From Octopus bimaculoides (Eukaryota), in contig NC_068987.1 in the NCBI RefSeq assembly GCF_001194135.2, positions 21,029,372-21,066,858 on the forward strand: a stretch of 37,487 bases of DNA, read 5' to 3'. This document shows positions 1 to 11,744 of this stretch, one piece after another. The position numbers and the translations under genes were made by a program. The notes under the pieces were generated by a model. That model had not been told where the DNA came from. It worked only from the letters and a program-made list of their open reading frames with translations, and did no database searches. Every line of letters starts with the position of its first letter. Position 1 is the stretch's first letter.

Positions 1-38
<38 letters not shown>
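1..38. repeat. (TA)n microsatellite
   Basis: Direct reading. Confidence 0.95.
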
Positions 39-39
<1 letters not shown>

Positions 40-217
40 TTAAGATCAGGTGAGATCAATGTACTGAGTCCTCGCATAATACGTTTTTTGACAGCAACCA
101 CGGCATACTAATCTCATGAGTTCCTCAGGCAACTAACCATTGCCCCCATCAATTAAGGCGGTATTGATTATGTTAGATATATAAACGAGCCCAGATATAT
201 ATGCAATTGTTTCTGAT

Positions 218-660
218 TTAACTTGTTTCAACTAAAGAACTGTGGCCACGCTTGGATAGCACCGCTGGTCTTGCTACATTTTCATTTAGTCTCCAATTAT
301 GGTTGGCCTGTGGTGAATAACGGAGTTTGAATTTGCATTTCCGAGGATGAAGTTGGCTGATCCAGATCTCTCGACTTTCAGAGATCCAGTTATATTTTGT
401 AACATCCATCCCATGTAGGTAGCTCAAGTCTTTCGGGAAGATACTGAAGAAGTGTGGGTTCTTGAATGCCAATTTATTAAAATATCTAGTCTCATATTTT
501 GATGGCAAGAGTAGGATCTTCGGCGTTATGTAAGGGCATGCTTTACTGGTGTGTGTACGACTTTTAGTGCTAAAGTTTGGGACAAATCCTTCCAGAATCT
601 TCCAGGTGTATACTACGGCGTATCTTTCCCACCTTCAATCCAGGGATTAGAGAATTAACC
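218..660 (-). mobile_element. CR1-clade LINE, decayed 3' end of ORF2
   Basis: Minus-strand translation gives L*SLD*RWERYAVVYTWKILEGFVPNF ... YFNKLAFKNPHFFSIFPKDLSYLHGMDV ... RPAVLS, resembling the CR1/L2-type ORF2 C-terminus (YSLERRRERY..YTWKILEG; GPQLFNILP). It has in-frame stops and matches the fragment at 25370-25660. Confidence 0.75.
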
Positions 661-1003
661 TACTAATAAATCCTAATAGGAATTTCAACCATGTTTCGTG
701 GTCTGCAACCACAACAGCTCCTTTATAGGATCCAGTTAGCTCAAGACATCATCCGGAGGAACCACGTGTCTTCAGCTCTGGTGTTGGGTGCATGTCTTCT
801 TTCTTCTATTCCCTGGCCTCTTCGATGCAGCATCAACGAGTGTCAGCGTCCGACTGACTGTCTTGTCAAATTCCCCTTTTTATACCTGCTGCTAGGCTCC
901 AGCAAGCTGCCCCAGCAAGTTGTCACGTGACACTGTCTAAATTTCCCGCCGCTAGGGAATACCAATAAATACTAATAAATACCAATAAATACATAAAGAA
1001 AGA

Positions 1004-1056
1004 AAGAGTGAGAGAGAGAGAGAGAGAGGGAGAGAGAGAGAGGGAGAGAGAGAGAG
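1004..1056. repeat. (GA)n microsatellite
   Basis: Direct reading. Confidence 0.9.
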
Positions 1057-1472
1057 AAAGCGATGTTAATATTATATAATTTACTCTGAATACTCAAGAA
1101 GTAAAATACTTTAGGGGGAAGGGGACAGCAGAAGGCCTTGAAAGAAGCCCCACTTCCTTATGCAGGTGCTTCGGCCTTAAACTCTAGGTGCCCCCAAAAT
1201 ATCACCAAAACACTTTTGGCTGAAAGATACACATTAGTGCACATGTACAGGAATCATTTAAGTCGCTCAACATTATTGTATTTGTTGTACCTTGTTGGAT
1301 ATTTTAATTTTGTTTCCTTGTTTGTTTACAGAGAATAATCGTAGTTATTACGTTTTTCCTATATTTTTAATTTGCACCTGGGACAATAGAATTTGCACTA
1401 AAATACATCTTTATTTTGTATTCAGAACTGATCTAGTTTCATGGCGTCAGAAAACACAGACACAGACACACG

Positions 1473-1478
1473 TATATA

Positions 1479-1510
<32 letters not shown>

Positions 1511-1850
1511 CATATACATACATGCACACATATAACAAGTATTTCATCATTCAACTTTCTTGTTCGGTTGGGAGTATATATATATATATATATANNNNNN
1601 NNNNNNNNNNNNNNNNNNNNNNNNNNNNNNNNNNNNNNNNNNNNNNNNNNNNNNNNNNNNNNNNNNNNNNNNNNNNNNNNNNNNNNNNNNNNNNNNNNNN
1701 NNNNNNNNNNNNNNNNNNNNNNNNNNNNNNNNNNNNNNNNNNNNNNNNNNNNNNNNNNNNNNNNNNATATATATACATATATATATATGAGTGTGTGTGT
1801 GTGTATGTATGTATGTATGTATGTATGTATGTATGTATGCATGTATGTAT
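1473..1850. repeat. Compound (TA)n/(TG)n/(TATG)n microsatellite spanning an assembly gap
   Basis: Direct reading; N-run at 1595-1766. Confidence 0.9.
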
Positions 1851-2317
1851 GAGCGTGTGTGTGAGTTGGTGTATGTGTGCTAACAGCACGAGTGGAACTA
1901 GAAGAATGAGACAGTCGGACAACGCAAGACATTTATAACGAGGAGACAAAATTTGAAAAGGAGGTGGGCTAACTGTAAATACACACAAAAGCATATTAAA
2001 AAGTTGTACACAGTGTCGCTTATGTAAAAAAATATACATACGCCATGACATATGGCGTGACTTCGTTGTGTTTTGGATCTAAAAGAGCCCATCTTTCCCC
2101 ATGGCTAGCCACAGCTGATTTCTTCCAGAGGGAGGGAGGGAAATAGAGGGAAACAGACAGACAGATAGAGAGGGAAGAAAGAGAGAGGTACAGATGCTAC
2201 TGTTGCTGTACACAGAGACATCTTTGACAGTATGCAGAAAAGAGCCACCCGACTGACTGGCATGATGTCACTAATAGACACGCGCCACTCTCTGGTCCAC
2301 AAGCGAACCATGTCCTC

Positions 2318-3185
2318 TACATGGTGCGTTCCAGAAGTTTTTAGACTTTTTCAGTAGAGACATTTATTGATTTCAAAGAAGTCCAAAACTCTAATCTCCT
2401 TCACAGAAGGATTCTCTGACTTCAATGCACTTGTTGTAGAGCTCCAGATACTTTCGAGGCTCCATCGAAGCCCTCCAAAGTGAAGGTGCCCAGGATTCTT
2501 GTCACAACCTCCTTCATCTTCAAACCTACTGCCCCTGACGTTCTCCTTAAGTTTTGGGAACATCCAAAAGTCACAGGGATCAAGGCATGGACTGTAGGAT
2601 GGGTGAGGGGCAGTTTTGATACCGATGCTCGTTACTGAGTACCCTGGGAACAAACAAATTTTGCTTATGTTCAAATCTGCATGAGTAATTTTGTGTACAG
2701 TTGCCACACCAATTCCAAACTTATTGGCTTTAGAGACTCGACGATTTTCATCCAAACAATTGCAAATATTTTTCAATCAGCTCTGATGATTTGACATCCC
2801 TCTTCACCCGACACCTCTCATCATCTCTCACTTCCTCTCTACCGTCCTTGAACTTGTACCAACGAAACAATTAATCCATATGTAGTCTGGAGCATTTCAT
2901 AAGTTTCTGTAGCATTTTTGCCTAGTTTAACACGAGATGTTATTGCAAAGCGAGTTTCGGAACGTGCCGACTGCATTGTGCTGTCTAGTCACCTGGGACA
3001 GGCCGTGTTTAGTAAGGTGTGCTCAAAGTGCTGTCACAGCTGTCTCCTTCAATCTGGAATAACAAAAGTCGGCAGGTCTGCTTATGACATATACAGTAAT
3101 AATATACTATGAATGCAATAATCTAGTACAGTTACAACCGCGTCTCTTTAAAAAAAGTCTCAAAATTTCTTGAATGCACCTCGTA
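2318..3185 (-). mobile_element. Internally deleted mariner (non-autonomous, ~868 bp)
   Basis: Left TIR TACATGGTGCGTTCCAGAAGTTTTTAGACTTTTT (2318) matches the reverse complement of the right end TACGAGGTGCATTCAAGAAATTTTGAGACTTTTT (ends 3185), with TA at both ends. Minus-strand remnants: KLGKNATETYEML (HTH), TVHKI..DLN.SKIC, and PHPSYSPCLDPCDFWMFPKLKENVRGSRFED. Confidence 0.9.
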
Positions 3186-4318
3186 TTTTTTCTACTGCTA
3201 CTACACTGGTTGTGGCTCACCGAGACGATTGGGTTCATGCTACTTCTAGTTAGGCATTTTCTCTATTCATCTCTCCTCTTCTCTCTACCCTTGTTGTGTC
3301 CCAATCCACTTCCAGGCCCAGCACCAAAGATTACAGTCAGTTTTTCCCTGAACACCGGGATTCAGTAAGCTCATTTCTGCTATCTTGCCCCGCATGATTT
3401 CACTTACGAAAATTTGAGAGGAGCATTAATGTATCATCAATCTCATTAATCTAGGACAGGGGGCGGCAAAGGAGTCAATGTTGACTCCCGAGATCTATCT
3501 GGCTACTCAAGAGATCGAAATGGTTTCAAGCATTAAAGATNNNNNNNNNNNNNNNNNNNNNNNNNNNNNNNNNNNNNNNNNNNNNNNNNNNNNNNNNNNN
3601 NNNNNNNNNNNNNNNNNNNNNNNNNNNNNNNNNNNNNNNNNNNNNNNNNNNNNNNNNNNNNNNNNNNNNNNNNNNNNNNNNNNNNNNNNNNNNNNNNNNN
3701 NNNNNNNNNNNNNNNNNNNNNNNNNNNNNNNNNNNNNNNNNNNNNNNNNNNNNNNNNNNNNNNNNNNNNNNNNNNNNNNNNNNNNNNNNNNNNNNNNNNN
3801 NNNNNNNNNNNNNNNNNNNNNNNNNNNNNNNNNNNNNNNNNNNNNNNNNNNNNNNNNNNNNNNNNNNNNNNNNNNNNNNNNNNNNNNNNNNNNNNNNNNN
3901 NNNNNNNNNNNNNNNNNNNNNNNNNNNNNNNNNNNNNNNNNNNNNNNNNNNNNNNNNNNNNNNNNNNNNNNNNNNNNNNNNNNNNNNNNNNNNNNNNNNN
4001 NNNNNNNNNNNNNNNNNNNNNNNNNNNNNNNNNNNNNNNNNNNNNNNNNNNNNNNNNNNNNNNNNNNNNNNNNNNNNNNNNNNNNNNNNNNNNNNNNNNN
4101 NNNNNNNNNNNNNNNNNNNNNNNNNNNNNNNNNNNNNNNNNNNNNNNNNNNNNNNNNNNNNNNNNNNNNNNNNNNNNNNNNNNNNNNNNNNNNNNNNNNN
4201 NNNNNNNNNNNNNNNNNNNNNNNNNNNNNNNNNNNNNNNNNNNNNNNNNNNNNNNNNNNNNNNNNNNNNNNNNNNNNNNNNNNNNNNNNNNNNNNNNNNN
4301 NNNNNNNNNNNNNNNNNN

Positions 4319-4473
4319 GGGAGCTCTGGGCAAAATGTTATAGTGCATGACCATCCTTGGCACATAAGTAATGTGTATGTAAAGTTTGGTGAAAATCGGT
4401 TGAAAACTGTAGAAATGCATACGCACTACACACACAGACACACAGAGACAGCCTTCATTTTATATATATAGAT
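4319..4473 (+). mobile_element. Helentron/HINE (DINE-1-like) 3' end
   Basis: AAGTTTGGTGAAAATCGGTTG, then a CA/CAGA microsatellite, then TTCATTTTATATATATAGAT, the layout of non-autonomous Helentron ends. The 5' part is lost in the gap at 3541-4318. Confidence 0.55.
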
Positions 4474-5082
4474 CTTACATTTTTTAAGGCACCGAAAGAA
4501 AGGATTTTAAAACAAAAATTCAACTTTTGTTTTCATCTTTTTTTTTTTTTTTCAAAACATGATGGGGATTGATAAGTTATCAAAGTTTCCATGTGAGGAT
4601 CAATGACATAAGACGTTTGCCGATCCCTGATCGAGGAAGACCTACGAAGGCCAGGACCCACCACCACCACCACCACCACTGAACCTTCTAGACTCACTTA
4701 GTAAAAAAAAAGCAACCAAAAAATTCCACACTTTGTGACACACCACCTTGCATCTCAATACATCGTCACACATCTTCAAACATTGTTTCACCTTTCCACA
4801 CATGGCCAAGACATTACAGTTGGGCACATCGTCAGGCTTCTCCCAACAACTCCATACATCGCCACACTGCATATTACACACAGTTATATCTCTTCTATAC
4901 ATCTCCTCACACCTCCACACATATCCATATATCGCCAAGAGCAGTGTGAAATAAATTTGCAAACCTAATCAAAATGGACATGACAGGTATTGAATAAACT
5001 GTTCTTTTGTTATAGAAGAGGTTTTCGTCTCTTTTATACACATCAGCACATCTTTACAGGCAGATGTCTCCAAACGATATTA

Positions 5083-5087
5083 TTATT

Positions 5088-5125
<38 letters not shown>

Positions 5126-5279
5126 TAATGTACGGTGAAGATAGTGATGACGGCGATGACGATGATGATGGCGTTATTAACAGGAATGAAAGGTAATAAC
5201 TTTTATAATTAATGATAACAGTAACAAAAACAACAACAACAAGAACAATAACAGCAACAACAACAACAACAACAACAAC

Positions 5280-5318
<39 letters not shown>

Positions 5319-5320
5319 CA
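5083..5320. repeat. Compound trinucleotide repeat (AAT)n/(GAT)n/(AAC)n
   Basis: Direct reading. Confidence 0.9.
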
Positions 5321-5580
5321 TGACAAGGACATCAACAACAATATTAACAACACTATATTAATAGCAAGAAGAAAGTAAGGACAAAGAAAAAAAGAGAAAG
5401 AAAAAGGCTAAGATGAAATAGAGAAAAGGAGGAAGGGGGGAAAGGAAGAATGGCGGAAGGGAGGACGAAATGCGATAAGGAAGAAATGTGACAGACTCTT
5501 ATTAAACCTCAATCACCTGCTTGCATTTTTTTTTTTCATTCTTCAATTCTTTCATTCTGTTATTGCTTCACCACCCACCT

Positions 5581-5620
5581 TTATTCTCTTTATTCTCTTT
5601 ATTCTCTTTATTCTCTTATT
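5581..5620. repeat. 9-bp tandem repeat TTATTCTCT, about 4 copies
   Basis: Direct reading. Confidence 0.85.
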
Positions 5621-5767
5621 CCGCTGGTGTTATTAGCTTCAGCCCTCCTTATGACTATAAGGAAGAAATGATTATCCGCTTAAATCATTTGTTGCGTTCT
5701 TGTTTATGTTGCGTTCTTGTCGCTGGCCGTTGTTATTTGTACAACATATTAATAAATGCGAGCACCC

Positions 5768-5769
<2 letters not shown>

Positions 5770-5831
<62 letters not shown>

Positions 5832-5977
5832 CATTCATTCATTCTTTCTTTCTTTCTTCCTTTCTTTGTGTGTGTATACACACATACATATGCATTAAAT
5901 ATGTATATATACGCGTGCGTGCGTGTGTATGTATGTGTGTGTGTGTGTGTGTGTGTGAGTGTGTGAGTGTGTGTGTA
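5770..5977. repeat. Compound (CT)n/(TTTC)n/(TTCA)n/(GT)n microsatellite
   Basis: Direct reading. Confidence 0.9.
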
Positions 5978-6759
5978 TACAAATTACTCTATAACACGTG
6001 TGTTTGAAAAACTCAACAGCGAAAGCAATTATACACAATACGCAAATTTCCTTTCTAAAGGTTTGTATCAGTCTATTTTTTAAAATTATTTTAAAGATTT
6101 TAACATAATTAATAACTTTTATTTTTTTAAAAAATCTTCCATTGAATATTGTGACTATAAAACTTTTGCAAAAAACTATTCGAGTAGTGATGGGATCAGG
6201 AAAAAACATATTATCCCAGTGAGAAACAGATATAATTTAAAGAATACACGAGCTACTTTAAGTTTCATGCTCAGACGTGCATGATACGCTATATAAACCC
6301 TTCTGCTTATTGCACAGGCCCAGGGATAACTCCCGTGTTCACTAAATTTACACTCACACACCACACACACACACACACACACATGTAAAAACACACATAC
6401 ACACATACATATATATTTGTCAACGCCATATGTAGAACATCATAGGCGCTCTGATTTTCATATTTCAATTTAGTTTCCTGATGAAACAGTTTACTCATCT
6501 CATTCAAATTAATTATGTATCAGGAACTCTATTATTCAATTACCGCCTTTAAGAGAGTTGGATGTGTTTGTGGGAGACTTAGCTGAAGTAGCAGGCTAGT
6601 AAATTCATCACTAGCTTCAGGGACGTTTTCAGTTTTGATATACTTATTTAAAGAGGGTGACAATAGGGTGGGAGATTCTTCGACTACATGTGTATATATC
6701 GTTATACAAAAGAGAAAACGAAATATTGTAAGAGAGCAAGGCCAAATTATTAACATAGT

Positions 6760-7980
6760 CTACATCAGTTGCTTTTTGAGCTGAATGCATGATCGATCCT
6801 CTTTTTCCACCAAGAAACAGCTGTATGGAGATCTCCTGCCTGTTTCTACCAATTACAAAGGAATGGCACTTACCCTTTGCGGGTCATTGCTGGGGAGTTA
6901 AACAAGAGCTGACAAGAGGAGCTACTGCTACGGATGCTAAAGCATGACCGTACTAGAGCAGGTCGTCCGATTACAATTTATGTAGATGAACTCATTAGAG
7001 GCACTCGAACTTATCGTCTGAACACTACCTATGTACTGGGGGGTACCCAAAAGAAACCGGAATTTTGCAATATTATTTATTCACTTTCATATGTTTACAC
7101 TTTTATCGCTTTCAAAGTATTCTCCATTTGAAACAATGCATCGGTTCAGACCCTTTTTTACCTCTATTCGAAGTAGTGTTGGAACTCTTGCATAGTGATT
7201 CCTTCTAACGCCTCCGTTTTTTTTTTCTTTCTTCACCTCTTCCACATCTGCAAATTCCATACCATCCGCATTTGTCACCAGCGATGACCTTCGGAAAAAA
7301 GTCCGGATCAATTTCCAACAATTTTTTTCAGTTCATGACATTCATTCAATCGTGACCGCTTTGAATCTTCCGTGAGCAAGCGAGACACAAATTTTGCTGC
7401 GACTCTTTTCATTCGCAATTCCTCGCTGAAAATTCGTTGGCTGCAGCTCCAGTAATATCAACAAGTTCGCCAATTGTTCGGTGACGATCCTCCAAGATCA
7501 GTTCATGAATTTTCATGAGGTTTTCATTCGTTCAGGAGTTCGACGGTCGTCCTGAACGAGGGCGGTCTTCAAGCGACAAGTGACCATCCCTAAAGCGTGG
7601 AAACCACTCGTAAGCTTGTGTTTTGCTCATGGTAGCAGCTTTTGAAGAATTTCACAGAAGCACGCTGTTCCTTTGCTTCAGCCATCGACAAACAGGGGAA
7701 AAGCACTGCAAAACAAAGACGCACCACGTGGAAGTACGACACCACCCGACGACGCCGGTCAGCAGACTGATGCTTCAGGGCCGCATCTAGTGGCTTCTAG
7801 CGACGGAAACCTGAACTGCAGCGGGCTTGTCCCACAGAGAATGTTTCCGGTTACTTTTGGGTACCCCCTCGTAGATCAACTTATCAGAGAAACTGGTTGC
7901 CTTGCCGAAGCCCTCGCAGGACGAGATGGCTGTTGTGGGCGGGTTCAAATGTCTGAGCAAGCCTGACCAAATGATGATGA
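6760..7980 (+). mobile_element. RTE-clade LINE 3' end, interrupted by a mariner
   Basis: Frameshifted PTKKQLYGDLLPVS..FAGHCW..KQEL..LLLRMLKHDRTRAGRPITIYVDELIRG. After the mariner it resumes as DQLIRETGCLAEAL..GRVQMSEQA* and ends in a (TGA)n tail at 7971-7980. Confidence 0.8.
7034..7873 (-). mobile_element. Internally deleted mariner (840 bp), second family
   Basis: TIRs TACTGGGGGGTACCCAAAAGAAACCGGAA and reverse complement TACGAGGGGGTACCCAAAAGTAACCGGAA, with TA duplication. Remnant starts MAEAKEQRASVKF (ATG at 7685), includes EWFPRFRDGHLSLEDRPRSGRPS and ends DVEEVK...LNRCIVSNGEYFE. Confidence 0.9.
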
Positions 7981-7984
7981 AAAT

Positions 7985-8235
7985 TACACTTTTTAGAACG
8001 TCATCATGGATCACATGGTCTTGCCTGTGCATTGTCAGAATTTTTCTCAAGCATCTTTCGTGGAATACATCAAGCCTTCCGTCGATTTTCACGGTGTTTT
8101 CCATGCCCACTAGCATGGAGAACTGTTGGTAGAACTACGATATTAAAAAGCCAGTTCTTTGTGTGTTAGCTTTTGGTATTCGAGCACCAGATAGTGGACG
8201 CTCACTGGAACACCACCGCGGCTTTGCCATTCCAT
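7985..8235 (-). mobile_element. RTE-clade LINE fragment (post-RT region)
   Basis: GKAAVVFQ...TKNWLFNIVVLPTVLHAS, then RLDVFHERCLRKILTMHRQDHVIHDDVL, matching the RTE motif RLDVFHQRCLRKIL.I.W.D.VTN.EVL. Confidence 0.75.
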
Positions 8236-9391
8236 ATATATGTTATATATATAATATAAAATAATATATATATANNNNNNNNNNNNNNNNNNNNNNNNNN
8301 NNNNNNNNNNNNNNNNNNNNNNNNNNNNNNNNNNNNNNNNNNNNNNNNNNNNNNNNNNNNNNNNNNNNNNNNNNNNNNNNNNNNNNNNNNNNNNNNNNNN
8401 NNNNNNNNNNNNNNNNNNNNNNNNNNNNNNNNNNNNNNNNNNNNNNNNNNNNNNNNNNNNNNNNNNNNNNNNNNNNNNNNNNNNNNNNNNNNNNNNNNNN
8501 NNNNNNNNNNNNNNNNNNNNNNNNNNNNNNNNNNNNNNNNNNNNNNNNNNNNNNNNNNNNNNNNNNNNNNNNNNNNNNNNNNNNNNNNNNNNNNNNNNNN
8601 NNNNNNNNNNNNNNNNNNNNNNNNNNNNNNNNNNNNNNNNNNNNNNNNNNNNNNNNNNNNNNNNNNNNNNNNNNNNNNNNNNNNNNNNNNNNNNNNNNNN
8701 NNNNNNNNNNNNNNNNNNNNNNNNNNNNNNNNNNNNNNNNNNNNNNNNNNNNNNNNNNNNNNNNNNNNNNNNNNNNNNNNNNNNNNNNNNNNNNNNNNNN
8801 NNNNNNNNNNNNNNNNNNNNNNNNNNNNNNNNNNNNNNNNNNNNNNNNNNNNNNNNNATATATATATATATTATATGTATGTATGTGTCTGTGTGTGTGT
8901 GTGTGCGCGTGTGTGTGCGTGCGCGCGTGCATATACACTTGCGAATATGATGCAAATAGTTTGAATAAACATGCAGTTAGCAATTAATGTGCAAATGTGA
9001 TGTGTGTGTGTGTGTGTGTGTGTGTGCATATGCTTATTTTATGCATAACATGCAAATATATTGACAAAACTTACCCATTAATACATTGTGACGGTGCCTT
9101 AGTTAATTAAAATACTTTTATTAATTCCCATTACAACACCCGCCAGTTATAATCGTTGTGATCTACATTTAACAAGCTAATTAAGAAAGAGATAAATCAC
9201 TCAATTATTGATATAATAATACTCGGGTGACGTGCTCAAAACCGGTGTATTCATCTAATATGTCCCAGATTGTATAATATTCCAGTATTATGTAAGTTGT
9301 AATTGTTGATGCGTTAATGAATGGTGAGACTGACTGTAACACACTGTCACCTTGTGGCTCTATTAATACTAATCCTTTTCCATAGTGCCGA

Positions 9392-9410
9392 GGTTAATAA
9401 TAATAATAAC

Positions 9411-9447
<37 letters not shown>

Positions 9448-9739
9448 GTAATAATAATCATAATAATAATAATAAATGCCCGGATGCAGTACCAGGCAGT
9501 GGCTCTCATGGCTTCTGATCTTAATTGATTGGAAGTGTTATCATGTACATTGTTTTGTCTTGATATAAAAAGATGGGCTACAGCAAATATTCTGCTTAAT
9601 ACCACAGATTTGCTTGTCAGTTGTTTGACCTTAACCAGTTGAGCATGTCCCTTGGTGGCTAACAATATGTGCATCTCTGATCACGAGTAGAAGTAGTGGG
9701 GGAGCATCATAGTCATGTGTTGAGAGGAATTCTTTGGGG
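9392..9739 (-). mobile_element. Retroelement 3' end with (ATT)n tail, copy 1
   Basis: About 260-bp body plus an interrupted AAT tail, repeated at 10047-10393. Family not assigned. Confidence 0.6.
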
Positions 9740-10046
9740 NNNNNNNNNNNNNNNNNNNNNNNNNNNNNNNNNNNNNNNNNNNNNNNNNNNNNNNNNNNNN
9801 NNNNNNNNNNNNNNNNNNNNNNNNNNNNNNNNNNNNNNNNNNNNNNNNNNNNNNNNNNNNNNNNNNNNNNNNNNNNNNNNNNNNNNNNNNNNNNNNNNNN
9901 NNNNNNNNNNNNNNNNNNNNNNNNNNNNNNNNNNNNNNNNNNNNNNNNNNNNNNNNNNNNNNNNNNNNNNNNNNNNNNNNNNNNNNNNNNNNNNNNNNNN
10001 NNNNNNNNNNNNNNNNNNNNNNNNNNNNNNNNNNNNNNNNNNNNNN

Positions 10047-10065
10047 GGTTAATAATAATAATAAC

Positions 10066-10102
<37 letters not shown>

Positions 10103-10393
10103 GTAATAATAATCATAATAATAATAATAAATGCCCGGATGCAGTACCAGGCAGTGGCTCTCATGGCTTCTGATCTTAATTGATTGGATGTGTTATCATG
10201 TACATTGTTTTGTCTTGGTATAAAAGATGGGCTACAGCAGATATTCTGCTTAATACCACAGATTTACTTGTCAGTTGTTTGACCTTAACCAGTTGAGCAT
10301 ATCCCTTGGTGGCTGACAATATGTGCATCTCTGGTCACGAGCAGAAGTAGTGGGGGAGCATCATAGCCATGTGCTGAGAGGAATTCTTTGGGG
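10047..10393 (-). mobile_element. Same retroelement 3' end, copy 2
   Basis: Direct repeat of 9392-9739 on the other side of the gap. Confidence 0.6.
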
Positions 10394-10624
10394 TCTGGAG
10401 AGAGAGAGAGAGAGAGAGAGAGTTAGAGAGAGAGAGAGAGAGAGTGGCAGAAGTGTTATACAAACTTTTGTCCCTTAAATTCAATGACATACAGTTGTCT
10501 CACATGTATGTATGTCATTATTCAGTTTATTTCAAGACCTCCTGCCAATAGAGAAAGAATCAGTCTCCAACCTAGATCCAAGGCTCCTTCATTGGAATTT
10601 CAGCATCAACAACAGGGTATTTTT

Positions 10625-10656
<32 letters not shown>

Positions 10657-11537
10657 TGTGCAGATTTGTATGTTTTATGTATGTATTCTCATGCATATAA
10701 TTGCATATCTAGATATACTCATATATATTTAAACTTTTGGAAAGTTTTACAGAATTTTACTGTTCCTATGATGGATTGGATCTTCGAATTAGCTTTCTCT
10801 TTTCTGGTTTTGAGATGCTCAAGATTGGTATTTAGGAAGTCTGTTACATATCGCAGGGCCCCAATATGTCTGTCTGTCTGTCTGTATGTATGTATGTATG
10901 TATATACGTACATGTATGTATATACGCACATGCAGACTGCCCCCATCTTCGCAGATGATTGTAGTCTCTTTGTGCCCCCCACGTTGTCAACGGCATTTCT
11001 TACTTTCTGTCCAAGACCTCTCCGATGACTATTCATTCCTCCGCTGCAGATCTGCATGGTCTGAAGCATTGGTAGCAGACGAAAGATCTAACTTACTGTG
11101 CGCTTCCAGCTGGTTAGGTCTGCACACATCGCCACTCTTCTATCGCCTTAGGACTTTCAATGCATGGAATGACAAATGAGGTCACCATCAAGAAACATCT
11201 GTTTGTCATTGGGTTATAGTGATAAGTGTTTGTACAACGTGAGCACTACTCTCCGAGTCTCTGTGATTAGTAACTACTGACAGACCGAAGTGAGATGACC
11301 AGTAAGCACGTGAAACCGTTCCCATTCCCAGAAGGATGCTGGGACAACAGCTAAAGTTCCTTTACTCTCATTGGTTTTATTATGCACCCTGACATCAATC
11401 AAGAGTATTTTTTCCGTCTCCCCTTTTACATGGAGTGCCATTGTATATGCCACTTAACCCAAAGCTGGGACCTTCAACGGTGCTGCTGCTCCGAACAAAT
11501 AAACAAACGAAAGTGGCACTCAATATATATTACATCC

Positions 11538-11665
<128 letters not shown>

Positions 11666-11744
11666 ATTTCTCTCTGTCGTTCTCTCTCCCCCTCTCACTC
11701 CCCCTCTCTCGCTCTCGCATGGATCTGCACCCAAAGAAATCGTG

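Noticed and set aside
3471-3488. Hairpin GGAGTCAA-TG-TTGACTCC
   Set aside because: An isolated 8-bp stem with no supporting context; expected by chance in 37 kb.
6475-6500. CCTGATGAAAC as a hammerhead core
   Set aside because: No stem II between the cores and no stem I.
10930-11100. IFADD motif as a reverse-transcriptase fragment
   Set aside because: Only one short motif; the upstream PQG motif is not convincing.
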